A stretch of 64,000 bases of DNA, from the IMG/VR virus record IMGVR_UViG_3300046513_000108, positions 26,391 to 90,390 of that record, one strand, 5' to 3'. The position numbers were made by a program, and so were the translations under genes. This stretch comes from a virus (taxonomy: Duplodnaviria > Heunggongvirae > Uroviricota > Caudoviricetes). This document shows positions 20,060-27,512 of the stretch, piece after piece; the stretch's first letter is position 1; the number at the start of each line of letters is the position of its first letter. Below the pieces are notes generated by a model. That model ran no database searches, was not told where the DNA came from, and saw only the letters and a program-made list of their open reading frames with translations.

Positions 20060-20218
20060 TTAATCCCCAACAGGGACATCTTCCGGTGTAGTGCTGCAAC
20101 CAGAATCTTTGTTTTCTTTCTTAGACCAATCAATTTTGTCCCAATTAGACTTGATTGCTTCACGGTCTTCTGTACGACGATGAGAGCCTTTCCCTGCTTC
20201 TTCGTGATATGTACTCAT
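20060..20218 (-). CDS. small basic protein (52 aa)
   Basis: internal ATG with AAGGAGAA RBS; lies between tRNA-Gly and the terminase gene. Confidence 0.45.
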   Translation of the reverse strand: MSTYHEEAGKGSHRRTEDREAIKSNWDKIDWSKKENKDSGCSTTPEDVPVGD

Positions 20219-20352
20219 AGTTCTCCTTTGTTTGATGCTCCGTGTCAAACTTGACAGATGTATCCGCGAAGATAACACCACAGAGGTTTGCCCTCCGAAG
20301 ACTTCAGGAAACGTCTTTCCATTTCTGTGCTACTGACCTCTAAGGGCGATTT

Positions 20353-20428
20353 TGGAGCGGGCAACAGGAATCGAACCTGCGACGAACAGCTTGGAAGGCT
20401 GACACTCTACCTACTGAGTTATACCCGC
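20353..20428 (-). tRNA. tRNA-Gly (anticodon UCC)
   Basis: hand-folded cloverleaf GCGGGTA…TTCGATT…TGCCCGC-T-CCA; anticodon loop CTTCCAA; CCA is encoded. Confidence 0.85.
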
Positions 20429-20434
20429 GTTGTT

Positions 20435-20509
20435 TGGCTGTCTAGACTGGCATCGAACCAATAACCTAGTGATTAACAGTCACTTGCTCTACCATTGAGC
20501 TACTAGACA
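20435..20509 (-). tRNA. tRNA-Asn (anticodon GUU)
   Basis: cloverleaf with acceptor TGTCTAG/CTAGACA, anticodon loop CTGTTAA, discriminator G, encoded CCA. Confidence 0.85.
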
Positions 20510-20514
20510 ATGTT

Positions 20515-20590
20515 TGGTGCTACTTAGAGGATTCCAACCCCTGACATCTTCATTACAAGTGAAGCGCTCTAGCAACTGAGCTAAAGTAGC
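20515..20590 (-). tRNA. tRNA-Thr (anticodon UGU)
   Basis: acceptor GCTACTT/AAGTAGC, anticodon loop CTTGTAA, T-loop TTGGAAT, encoded CCA. Confidence 0.8.
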
Positions 20591-20591
20591 T

Positions 20592-20676
20592 TGGTGGGCG
20601 AGGAGGGATTCCAACCCTCAATCCTTTCGGCGCGTGATTTTAAGTCACGAGTGTATCGCAGTTCCACCACTCGCCC
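20592..20676 (-). tRNA. tRNA-Leu (anticodon UAA), class II with long variable arm
   Basis: 85 nt; acceptor GGGCGAG/CTCGCCC; anticodon loop CTTAAAA; variable arm forms a stem-loop; encoded CCA. Confidence 0.8.
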
Positions 20677-21150
20677 CTAATTTAATAATCCTCTGGATAG
20701 CTGACTATGGCAATTTGGACAAAGAAATCTTAGATTTTCCTCCCTATCGTCTAACCAATCTTCATTAATATGATCTACATCTAAAGTTAATGGAAAATCG
20801 TGCCACACAGGGATTTGAGAACACTTTTCACATTCGTGTTTTCTACCAATCTCAATTAAACACCTAGTCAATACACTACCTTTCTGTCTTAACCCACAGT
20901 CTCTTTTAATTAAGATTTCACTAAATTTTTTCTTTGAAAATTTCTTACCTTTATTCCACAATTGACCTGTGAAATGTTGTGTATCTAGACCTAGTTTTTT
21001 AATCCTTCTGCTATAGTGACTGTGAGAGCCACCTGTCTCTCTAATTCCTAAGTATCTAAGTACTCCTGCTATTGACTCACTATTCTCTACTGCAATAGTT
21101 AATTCTTCATCAGTTATCTTATTGTATTTTCTTTTCATACATTGAATCAT
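20677..21150 (-). CDS. HNH endonuclease
   Basis: C-x-x-C … DHIN … N … C-x-x-C-H HNH-type motif; start moved to MIQCMKRKY because the first 14 codons of the 171-aa track ORF overlap a tRNA gene. Confidence 0.75.
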   Translation of the reverse strand: MIQCMKRKYNKITDEELTIAVENSESIAGVLRYLGIRETGGSHSHYSRRIKKLGLDTQHFTGQLWNKGKKFSKKKFSEILIKRDCGLRQKGSVLTRCLIEIGRKHECEKCSQIPVWHDFPLTLDVDHINEDWLDDREENLRFLCPNCHSQLSRGLLN

Positions 21151-21158
21151 TTTTATTT

Positions 21159-21243
21159 TGGTAGGCTTACCGAGACTCCAACTCGGACGCATTTCTGCAC
21201 CGGAACCTAAATCCGGCGTGTCTAGCTATTCCACCATAAGCCC
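21159..21243 (-). tRNA. tRNA-Leu (anticodon UAG), class II; paralog of the Leu-UAA tRNA
   Basis: 85 nt; acceptor GGGCTTA/TAAGCCT with a G1-U72 wobble; D-arm nearly identical to the Leu-UAA tRNA (TGGTGGAA…CAC); anticodon stem CCGGA/TCCGG with loop TTTAGGT; variable stem-loop GCA-GAAA-TGC; T-arm CCGAG-TTGGAGT-CTCGG; A73 then CCA. Confidence 0.6.
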
Positions 21244-21368
21244 ATTTATTCTTTCCTGAAGAATCCTCTACAACCTCTTCGTGCTTCCGTAGGAGGGGAC
21301 GTAGCCCGTTTTAGGAGAAGATTCAGGAAAGAAGCCTCTTTGGAAGCTTCAATATGTGTATTGTATAC

Positions 21369-21854
21369 TCAATCTTCTTCTTTGTCAACTATTTGTTCTG
21401 TCATCTGCACATCAATCACAGGTTGATCCCGAAAATCTTCATGCACATTGTCAAAATCTACAATAGGGGTGTCATCCTCTTCTTCCTCTTCTTCACCCTC
21501 TGGTGTAGTAGTTCCCGCACCTACAAGCTTCAGCAACACTACTTCCTTCTCTAGACGGATAATTTCATCCTTGTCTCTTTGATCAACCATTTTTGTGTGT
21601 AGGGTTAGAATAGCTTCAGCCGCCATCCTACGATCCTTGTCAGCAGCGTTTTTGTCTACAGAGATGTGTACAAGAGTCTCCAAAGCTGTTTGTAGATATC
21701 GTCCAGATTGTTTGATTGCCTTGTCTAAGTCATGCCCTTTAGGTTTTAGGAATGTGTTAGCTTTCCTAGTTTTCTTGTACGGGCCTCTTTTTACAACGTT
21801 TGTTGACTCCTCTACAACCACTATTTCTGTGCTTGTATCTTTCTCTTCTTCCAT
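21369..21854 (-). CDS. acidic protein at the head of the packaging operon; possibly the terminase small subunit or a DNA-binding protein
   Basis: ATG at 21854 has a GGAGG RBS and a TTGACA-17-TACTAT promoter; basic N-terminus (KRGPYKKTRKANTFLKPKG) and an acidic E/D-rich C-terminus. Confidence 0.5.
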   Translation of the reverse strand: MEEEKDTSTEIVVVEESTNVVKRGPYKKTRKANTFLKPKGHDLDKAIKQSGRYLQTALETLVHISVDKNAADKDRRMAAEAILTLHTKMVDQRDKDEIIRLEKEVVLLKLVGAGTTTPEGEEEEEEDDTPIVDFDNVHEDFRDQPVIDVQMTEQIVDKEED

Positions 21855-21879
21855 GCTAGAATGCCTCCAAATAAGCTTA

Positions 21880-21908
21880 ATAGTAGCACAAATGTTGTTT
21901 GTTGTCAA
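21880..21908 (-). promoter_or_regulatory. sigma70-like promoter for the minus-strand packaging and structural unit
   Basis: minus strand TTGACA, 17-nt spacer, TACTAT, then GGAGG RBS and ATG. Confidence 0.5.
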
Positions 21909-21978
21909 TTTTCCATATTGACAGAAACTTTTACATGGTGTAAGATAGGTTTTATGTTACAAACAAGGAGGGTAAAGT

Positions 21979-22101
21979 GTGACCGAAGAGTATTTTGATG
22001 TTGACAGTTTTGTAACTAAATATGAATATTTTGAACAGGGTATAGAAGAGTATTCTGTGGATGAGATTAACAACCTAACTGAAGGAGTTGACAATGAGTA
22101 A
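21979..22101 (+). CDS. small acidic protein (40 aa), GTG start
   Basis: AGGAGG RBS 7 nt upstream; stop overlaps the next gene's start (ATGAGTAA); below the ORF-track size cutoff. Confidence 0.3.
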   Translation: MTEEYFDVDSFVTKYEYFEQGIEEYSVDEINNLTEGVDNE

Positions 22102-22330
22102 AGAAATTAAAGAGATGGTAGAGCCGAGTATTGTTGTATTTGGTTTCATGCTGCAAGAGGCTATTCTAGATGGCTGGCGCATCAGTGAGCAACACCCTGT
22201 AAACTTTTTTGGAGGTTTGTATGTGGTGAATGTAGAACGTGGGGAAGATGAAGCTGTTGTAGAAGAAACACCTATTGAATCTGCTCCTACAGAGGCAAAG
22301 AAACAAGGGCGTCCAGCTAGGGCTAAATAA
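22094..22330 (+). CDS. hypothetical protein
   Basis: ATG with GAAGGAG RBS; 78 aa. Confidence 0.55.
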   Translation: MSKEIKEMVEPSIVVFGFMLQEAILDGWRISEQHPVNFFGGLYVVNVERGEDEAVVEETPIESAPTEAKKQGRPARAK

Positions 22331-22527
22331 TGAACGTTAAATTTGAAAATGGCTCTGTCCCTATTCATGAATTGAGAAAGGGTGTTGTTGTTTTGTATAA
22401 TAACCGTTTCTATCACATCAAGTCATTTTGGCAACATGGTACTCAGGGATTTCAAATTGTTCTAGAAGATGATGAAGAATTATTTGAAATACTTCCTCAA
22501 GAAGTAACATGGCTTGGGCCGATGTAA
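22330..22527 (+). CDS. hypothetical protein
   Basis: 65 aa; start overlaps the upstream stop (TAATG). Confidence 0.55.
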   Translation: MNVKFENGSVPIHELRKGVVVLYNNRFYHIKSFWQHGTQGFQIVLEDDEELFEILPQEVTWLGPM

Positions 22528-22535
22528 TTTGACTA

Positions 22536-22572
22536 AAAGGATATCTCAGTGTAATATTGGGATATCCTTTTT
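22536..22572 (+). terminator. rho-independent terminator
   Basis: AAAGGATATC-N15-GATATCCTTT followed by TT; perfect 10-bp stem. Confidence 0.6.
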
Positions 22573-22595
22573 AACATTCTGTGAGGTACTAATTA

Positions 22596-23378
22596 ATGTC
22601 CAGACAAGCAGCACGACATACCCGTAAAAAGAAAATCGAACAAGAACTTCCTCCTGTACACAAAGAGAAGTTTCAGGAAGTTGTTCCCTCACAAACAGTA
22701 GCACAGAAACTAACAGCACAAACAAAAAATCAAGCTATGCAGTTGAAATACCAGCAAGAAGGAAGAAAAGTCATCTTTGCTATTGGTGCAGCAGGTAGTG
22801 GGAAAAGTTTCTTGGCAGCTTACCATGCTGCTGAACAACTTAGAAAGAAACAAGTAGAACAAATCATTCTGCTTCGTCCAAATGTCTCCGCAGGAAAATC
22901 CCTTGGTATGCTACCCGGCACTCTAGAAGAAAAATTAGCAGTTTTCTTCACTCAAACACTCTCTCATCTCTCTTTCTTTATGGGTAAAGGTTTTATGAAA
23001 TATGCTCTGGATAAAGGTATTGTCCGTATGCAATCCATGGAACACCTTCGTGGTCTTAGTATCTCTAATGCCATTGTAATTTGTGAAGAAAGCCAAAATC
23101 TCACAGAAGATGAACTAGAAATGACCCTTTCCCGTATCGGAGATAATTGCCAAATCATCTTCACAGGGGATCAAAAACAAACAGATTTGAAGTTCAACAG
23201 TGGACTCATGAAAACTGTAGATTTGATTGTAAAAACCATCAACGATGAACCTGAATACATGACAGATGAAGATTTGGATGAATTAGAAAGCAATATTGGA
23301 GTGGTGAACTACACCATGCAAGACGTTGTTCGTTCTGGTTTGTGCAAGAGCTTCGTGAAGATGTATCATCACAACTAA
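22596..23378 (+). CDS. phoH: PhoH-like ATPase
   Basis: Walker A GAAGSGKS and the PhoH-family block …QIILLRPNVSAGKSLGMLPGTLEEKL…. Confidence 0.85.
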   Translation: MSRQAARHTRKKKIEQELPPVHKEKFQEVVPSQTVAQKLTAQTKNQAMQLKYQQEGRKVIFAIGAAGSGKSFLAAYHAAEQLRKKQVEQIILLRPNVSAGKSLGMLPGTLEEKLAVFFTQTLSHLSFFMGKGFMKYALDKGIVRMQSMEHLRGLSISNAIVICEESQNLTEDELEMTLSRIGDNCQIIFTGDQKQTDLKFNSGLMKTVDLIVKTINDEPEYMTDEDLDELESNIGVVNYTMQDVVRSGLCKSFVKMYHHN

Positions 23379-23387
23379 GGAGACAGA

Positions 23388-24077
23388 ATGAAACCACAAA
23401 GAAACAATAACCTATTGGAGCTTTTCAAGCAAGACCCTGAAGAATTCCTCCCCTCTTCTTCTCCTACTGCCTTCAGCCATGTATTCCGCTTGAATCGTCC
23501 CTTTGAAGATATTTCTCAATTCTCCTCACTGATTGACACTCTAGAGTCTGCTGGAGAAAACGATATTGTGCAAATTAGATTGGCTAGTCCCGGTGGTAGT
23601 TTAGATGCAATTATTCCTGTTTTGGCAGCAATGGATTCTACGGAAGCTTTTATTCACTGTCACGTAGATACGTCCATTGCTAGTGCAGCAACTTTTATTA
23701 TGCTTAAAGGTCATGCTATCACTTTCAACCCGCTTGCTGATGTAATGTTACACAACATCTCGTTTGGTGCTGGTGGTTCTGGTGGGAATGTTGAAGCACG
23801 AGTTAATCACATCATGAAAACCTCTAACAAGTTGATTAAAGACACATACGAAGGTTTTGTAACTAACAGTGAGATGGAAAAACTTCTCAACGGGCTTGAA
23901 TTATACTTTACTGCGGAAGAGTGTATAGAACGTCTGAAAGCACGCTCTGAGAAACAGCAGAAAGAAGAATCTGAGCCTGAAGCTCCTACTAAAGCTAAGA
24001 AGCCCCGTAAGCAGAAGGAGAAAGCTCCTACAACAGAAGATGTAGCTGCAATGTTACAACAACTAGCACAAGAATGA
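23388..24077 (+). CDS. ClpP-like serine protease with a Lys-rich C-terminal tail
   Basis: …IRLASPGGSLDA…SIASAATFIM…MLHNISFGAGG… is reminiscent of the ClpP Ser/His region; AAGGAG RBS. Confidence 0.6.
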   Translation: MKPQRNNNLLELFKQDPEEFLPSSSPTAFSHVFRLNRPFEDISQFSSLIDTLESAGENDIVQIRLASPGGSLDAIIPVLAAMDSTEAFIHCHVDTSIASAATFIMLKGHAITFNPLADVMLHNISFGAGGSGGNVEARVNHIMKTSNKLIKDTYEGFVTNSEMEKLLNGLELYFTAEECIERLKARSEKQQKEESEPEAPTKAKKPRKQKEKAPTTEDVAAMLQQLAQE

Positions 24078-24081
24078 CAAT

Positions 24082-24115
24082 AGCCCTGCACAGAGATGTG
24101 TGGGGCTTTTTATTT
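24082..24115 (+). terminator. rho-independent terminator
   Basis: AGCCCTGCACA-GAGA-TGTGTGGGGCT followed by TTTTTATTT. Confidence 0.6.
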
Positions 24116-24177
24116 GTGCTTGCACTTTGTAGGATGTTGTGCTAAAGTAGCTTCATCAAATCATTTTGGAGAAACAA

Positions 24178-25467
24178 ATGGCTAAGGCTATCGTAGCAAA
24201 GGTAACGGCTGTGCAGGAGATTCCGGGTGCAGACAAGATTCATGTGGCTGTTGTTCTTGGTGAAAACTGTATTGTTAGTAAAGATGTTGGTGTTGGGTAT
24301 GTTGGTATCCTGTTCCCTGCTGACACTCAACTGTCTGAAGAATACTGCCGTGAGAACAACCTGTTCCGTCAAGCACTGAACAACAAAGACAACACCAAAA
24401 CTGGCTTCTTTGAAGAGAATCGCCGTGTTCGTGTTCAGCCATTTCTGAAGGTGAAGTCTCAGGCTTATTTCACTTCTCTTGAAAGCCTGTCTTACGTAGG
24501 TAATTACAATGAAGTGAGTGACATTGGATATAGCTTTGACACTGTAAATGGCAAACAAATCTGCCAGAAATACATCTCTAAAGCCACTCGTGAAGCTCTG
24601 GAACGTCAACCGAAGAAAAAGAAACGTCTGATTGATTTGCCATACTTTGAGAAACACGTAGACAGTGCTCAATTTAAGCACAATGCAGCTATGATTCCTG
24701 TAGGTGCTATGCTGTCTTTCACAGCAAAGATTCATGGTACTTCTCATCGTTCTGGCCTGACTAAAGTGGTGCATACACTGCCAAAATGGAAGCAGATTGT
24801 AAATAAAGTTTATCCGTTCTTCAAACAAGAAGAATGGAAGCACATTGTAGGCACTCGTAATGTCATCCTGACAGAAGGTAAAGAAGGCTTCCACGGCTCT
24901 GAGCAATTCCGCTTCGATGTTATGGAAATGCTGAAGCCCTTTATGACTGAGGGTATGACCATTTACGGGGAGATTGCTGGCTATGCGAATGGTAAGCCTA
25001 TTATGGCAACCCACTCTGGCAAATCAACCAAAGACAAAGCTTTCCAGAAGAAATATGGAGAGAACATTGTTTATAAGTATAACTGTGCAGAGCATGAGAA
25101 TTATTTCTTTGTTTATCGCATCACTCAACTGACACAAGACGGGAAGAACATTGATATGTCTCCTGCACAGATTCAACAGTGGTGTGAAGAACGTGGATTG
25201 AATGCCCCTCTGCATGTTGCTGAATCTGAAATTTATGATGGGGATTTGGATAAGCTGCTGGCAAAGGTAGAAGCACTCACTGAACGTCCTGATGTACTTG
25301 GTGCAGACTATCTTGATCCATCTCATCCGGGGGAAGGTATTATTGTTCGTGTAGATACGGGGAAACAAAATCCGTATTTCCTGAAATCGAAGGCTTACTT
25401 CTTCAGGTGCATGGAAGGTCTTGCAGAGGCAGCAGATATGGAAGATTTGGAAGCAATTTCTGAATGA
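24178..25467 (+). CDS. RNA ligase: N-terminal tRNA-binding OB (Trbp111/EMAP-like) domain fused to an Rnl2/Rnl5-type nucleotidyltransferase
   Basis: N-terminus AIVAKVTAVQEIPGADKIHVAVVLGENCIVS resembles the tRNA_bind signature; ligase motif I is KIHGTS (T4 Rnl2 has KIHGTN), motif IV is EGIIVRV, motif V is LKSK. Confidence 0.7.
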   Translation: MAKAIVAKVTAVQEIPGADKIHVAVVLGENCIVSKDVGVGYVGILFPADTQLSEEYCRENNLFRQALNNKDNTKTGFFEENRRVRVQPFLKVKSQAYFTSLESLSYVGNYNEVSDIGYSFDTVNGKQICQKYISKATREALERQPKKKKRLIDLPYFEKHVDSAQFKHNAAMIPVGAMLSFTAKIHGTSHRSGLTKVVHTLPKWKQIVNKVYPFFKQEEWKHIVGTRNVILTEGKEGFHGSEQFRFDVMEMLKPFMTEGMTIYGEIAGYANGKPIMATHSGKSTKDKAFQKKYGENIVYKYNCAEHENYFFVYRITQLTQDGKNIDMSPAQIQQWCEERGLNAPLHVAESEIYDGDLDKLLAKVEALTERPDVLGADYLDPSHPGEGIIVRVDTGKQNPYFLKSKAYFFRCMEGLAEAADMEDLEAISE

Positions 25468-25478
25468 AAGGACTACAA

Positions 25479-25922
25479 ATGAAATGCGTAATTACTGTAG
25501 GTGTATCTGCTTCTGGTAAATCTACTTGGAGTGAGAAACAAGAGGATTTCTATGAAATCAATCGTGACAAACTTCGTTGGGAAGTGACAGGTAAGCTTGG
25601 CTGGAAGGGAGAAAATGCCTACAAGTTCTCTAGTAAAGTTGAGAAGGAAGTGAGTGATATTGCTGATCATCTGCTTGTAGAGTGTGCAAAGCGGGGAGAG
25701 GATGTTATTTTCTCTAACACCAACTTGAACCCAAAGCTTCGTAACAAACTGATTGCAGATTGTGTGTCTATGGGCTACAATGTAGAAATTGTAGAATTTC
25801 CTGTCAGTTTCCAAGAGGCTGTAAGGCGTGACAAAGAGCGTGGAATCTTCTCTGTTGGGGAAGAAGTTATTTACAAACAGTGGGAACAATGGGTAGCATA
25901 TTGGAATGAGAAGGAAGTTTGA
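25479..25922 (+). CDS. polynucleotide 5'-kinase (T4 Pnk kinase-domain homolog, no fused phosphatase)
   Basis: P-loop GVSASGKST; INRD and SNTNLNP blocks are co-linear with the T4 PseT kinase domain; ATGA overlap with the ligase gene. Confidence 0.75.
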   Translation: MKCVITVGVSASGKSTWSEKQEDFYEINRDKLRWEVTGKLGWKGENAYKFSSKVEKEVSDIADHLLVECAKRGEDVIFSNTNLNPKLRNKLIADCVSMGYNVEIVEFPVSFQEAVRRDKERGIFSVGEEVIYKQWEQWVAYWNEKEV

Positions 25923-26167
25923 TGAAGAAACACCCTCTACAAATAGCAAACGAAGAAAGAGCTAAGACAGACCCTTGTAGGCATTGTGGATTCCACAACA
26001 GGGCAGACGGAGGAAAGGGTTTCCACTTATACGAAGCAAAGTGTAAGAGTTGTGGTGGTAGTATGGATCACTCTTATCTGTGGGCACCTTGGGGAATGAC
26101 ATGGGAGCAATTGCAAGAAACCAAAGACAAATGGAACAAGATTATGGAGAAATATAAACGTGAGTAA
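25919..26167 (+). CDS. zinc-ribbon protein
   Basis: CRHC…CKSC cysteine pairs; translationally coupled to both neighbours. Confidence 0.55.
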   Translation: MMKKHPLQIANEERAKTDPCRHCGFHNRADGGKGFHLYEAKCKSCGGSMDHSYLWAPWGMTWEQLQETKDKWNKIMEKYKRE

Positions 26168-26708
26168 TATCTTTTTGACAAGTGATACACATTTTGGTCA
26201 TGTAGGAGTGACAAAGTTTCTTGCTCCTAATGGGGTTGATAAACTTCGCCCTTGGGACACTATCGAAGAAATGGATGAAGCCCTTATTGAGAATTGGAAT
26301 AAAGTTGTACGTCCACAGGACAAGGTGTATCATCTAGGAGATGTTGTAATCAATCGTCGTGCTCTGCCTACTCTGGCACGCCTGAATGGTACAAAGATTC
26401 TGATTAAAGGTAATCATGACGTATTCCGGCTGGAAGAGTACACTCCGTATTTCAAGGATGTACGGGGCAGTGGTGAACTGGCAGGATATGTACTAACACA
26501 CATTCCTATTCATCCACAAAGCTTAGAGCGTTGGAAGGGGAATTTCCATGGGCATTTGCACGCTCATAGTGTTTTGCACACATTCCAAGAGGGAGCTATT
26601 CTTAAAACAAGACATCACCCGCGTTATCTCTGTGTCTCTGTAGAACAAACAAGCTTTACACCTATTAGCTTGGAAGATGCTATCAAAAAATGGGAGAAAC
26701 AACAATGA
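26160..26708 (+). CDS. calcineurin-like metallophosphoesterase (candidate RNA 2',3'-cyclic/3'-phosphatase)
   Basis: MPP motifs SDTHFGH, GDV, GNHD and GHLH. Confidence 0.75.
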   Translation: MSNIFLTSDTHFGHVGVTKFLAPNGVDKLRPWDTIEEMDEALIENWNKVVRPQDKVYHLGDVVINRRALPTLARLNGTKILIKGNHDVFRLEEYTPYFKDVRGSGELAGYVLTHIPIHPQSLERWKGNFHGHLHAHSVLHTFQEGAILKTRHHPRYLCVSVEQTSFTPISLEDAIKKWEKQQ

Positions 26709-27001
26709 AATATTACAAGCGTGATTTTCTGAATAAAGCTGAAGGTATGGCTGCTTTTGAAGCCGATATTACTTGGGATAACGACGATGGGCATGATTAT
26801 GGTATGTCTGCTTCCTTCTGTATTACAGATTGCAGCCGTAAAGTATCACTAGACTTCTCTCCATATGGTGATGAGGAAAATAACAGCTTTTACAAACTAA
26901 CTAAGCTGATTGAAGAACTGTCTGCATTCAAAGAGAAATTTGAAGAAATTCACAAGGCGCGTGCAGAATACAAAGAGGCAAAGGAAAAAGATGAAACCTG
27001 A
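26705..27001 (+). CDS. hypothetical protein
   Basis: GGGAGAAA RBS; 98 aa. Confidence 0.5.
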   Translation: MKYYKRDFLNKAEGMAAFEADITWDNDDGHDYGMSASFCITDCSRKVSLDFSPYGDEENNSFYKLTKLIEELSAFKEKFEEIHKARAEYKEAKEKDET

Positions 27002-27512
27002 AATCTCTCTCTACAGCGGGGGCAACTTCTGCTTTACAGAACCAGATAGCAGCAACTACACTGTAAAGGATATTGCACTGAACCTCTCCAATCTCAGTAG
27101 ATTTACAGGTTCTCTTGAGAAGCCTTACAGCATTGCACAACATTGTGTATATGTCTCTCTGCTTGTTCCAGAGGAATATGCTATGGAAGCTCTTATGCAC
27201 GATGCTGGAGAAGCCTTCCTTGGAGATGTTTCCTCTCCTCTCAAGCAACTGCTTGCAGACTACAAGAAACTGGAACAGAGTGTAGAAGCTTCTATTTTCA
27301 AAAAATATGGCTTGCAGTTTCCCATGCATCCAGAAATCAAGAAAGCTGACATGCGTATGTTTGTGAGCGAGCGAATTGACTTACAGCCTAATTGTTCTGT
27401 GCGAGGATACAACTTTGAGAGAGCACCTTTTAAGGTGGTTCCTTGGGGACACAAGAAAGCTTATGAACAGTTTTTGAAGAGGTTTGATGAACTTGGAGGA
27501 GTGATTAAATGA
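26991..27512 (+). CDS. HD-domain phosphohydrolase (YfbR-like)
   Basis: H…HD…GD pattern (AQHCVYVS…ALMHDAGEAFLGDVSSPLK); AAGGAAAAAG RBS. Confidence 0.65.
   Translation: MKPEISLYSGGNFCFTEPDSSNYTVKDIALNLSNLSRFTGSLEKPYSIAQHCVYVSLLVPEEYAMEALMHDAGEAFLGDVSSPLKQLLADYKKLEQSVEASIFKKYGLQFPMHPEIKKADMRMFVSERIDLQPNCSVRGYNFERAPFKVVPWGHKKAYEQFLKRFDELGGVIK

Noticed and set aside
20677-21192. 171-aa HNH ORF starting at 21192 as given in the ORF track
   Set aside because: Its first 14 codons lie inside a well-formed 85-nt class-II tRNA (21159-21243). The start was moved to ATG 21150.
21244-21368. a further tRNA upstream of the Leu-UAG gene
   Set aside because: Only a GAAGC-N10-GCTTC hairpin is present, probably a terminator for the upstream gene. 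No cloverleaf could be drawn.
24142-25014. 290-aa minus-strand ORF
   Set aside because: Antisense to the RNA ligase gene, whose plus frame carries conserved ligase motifs.
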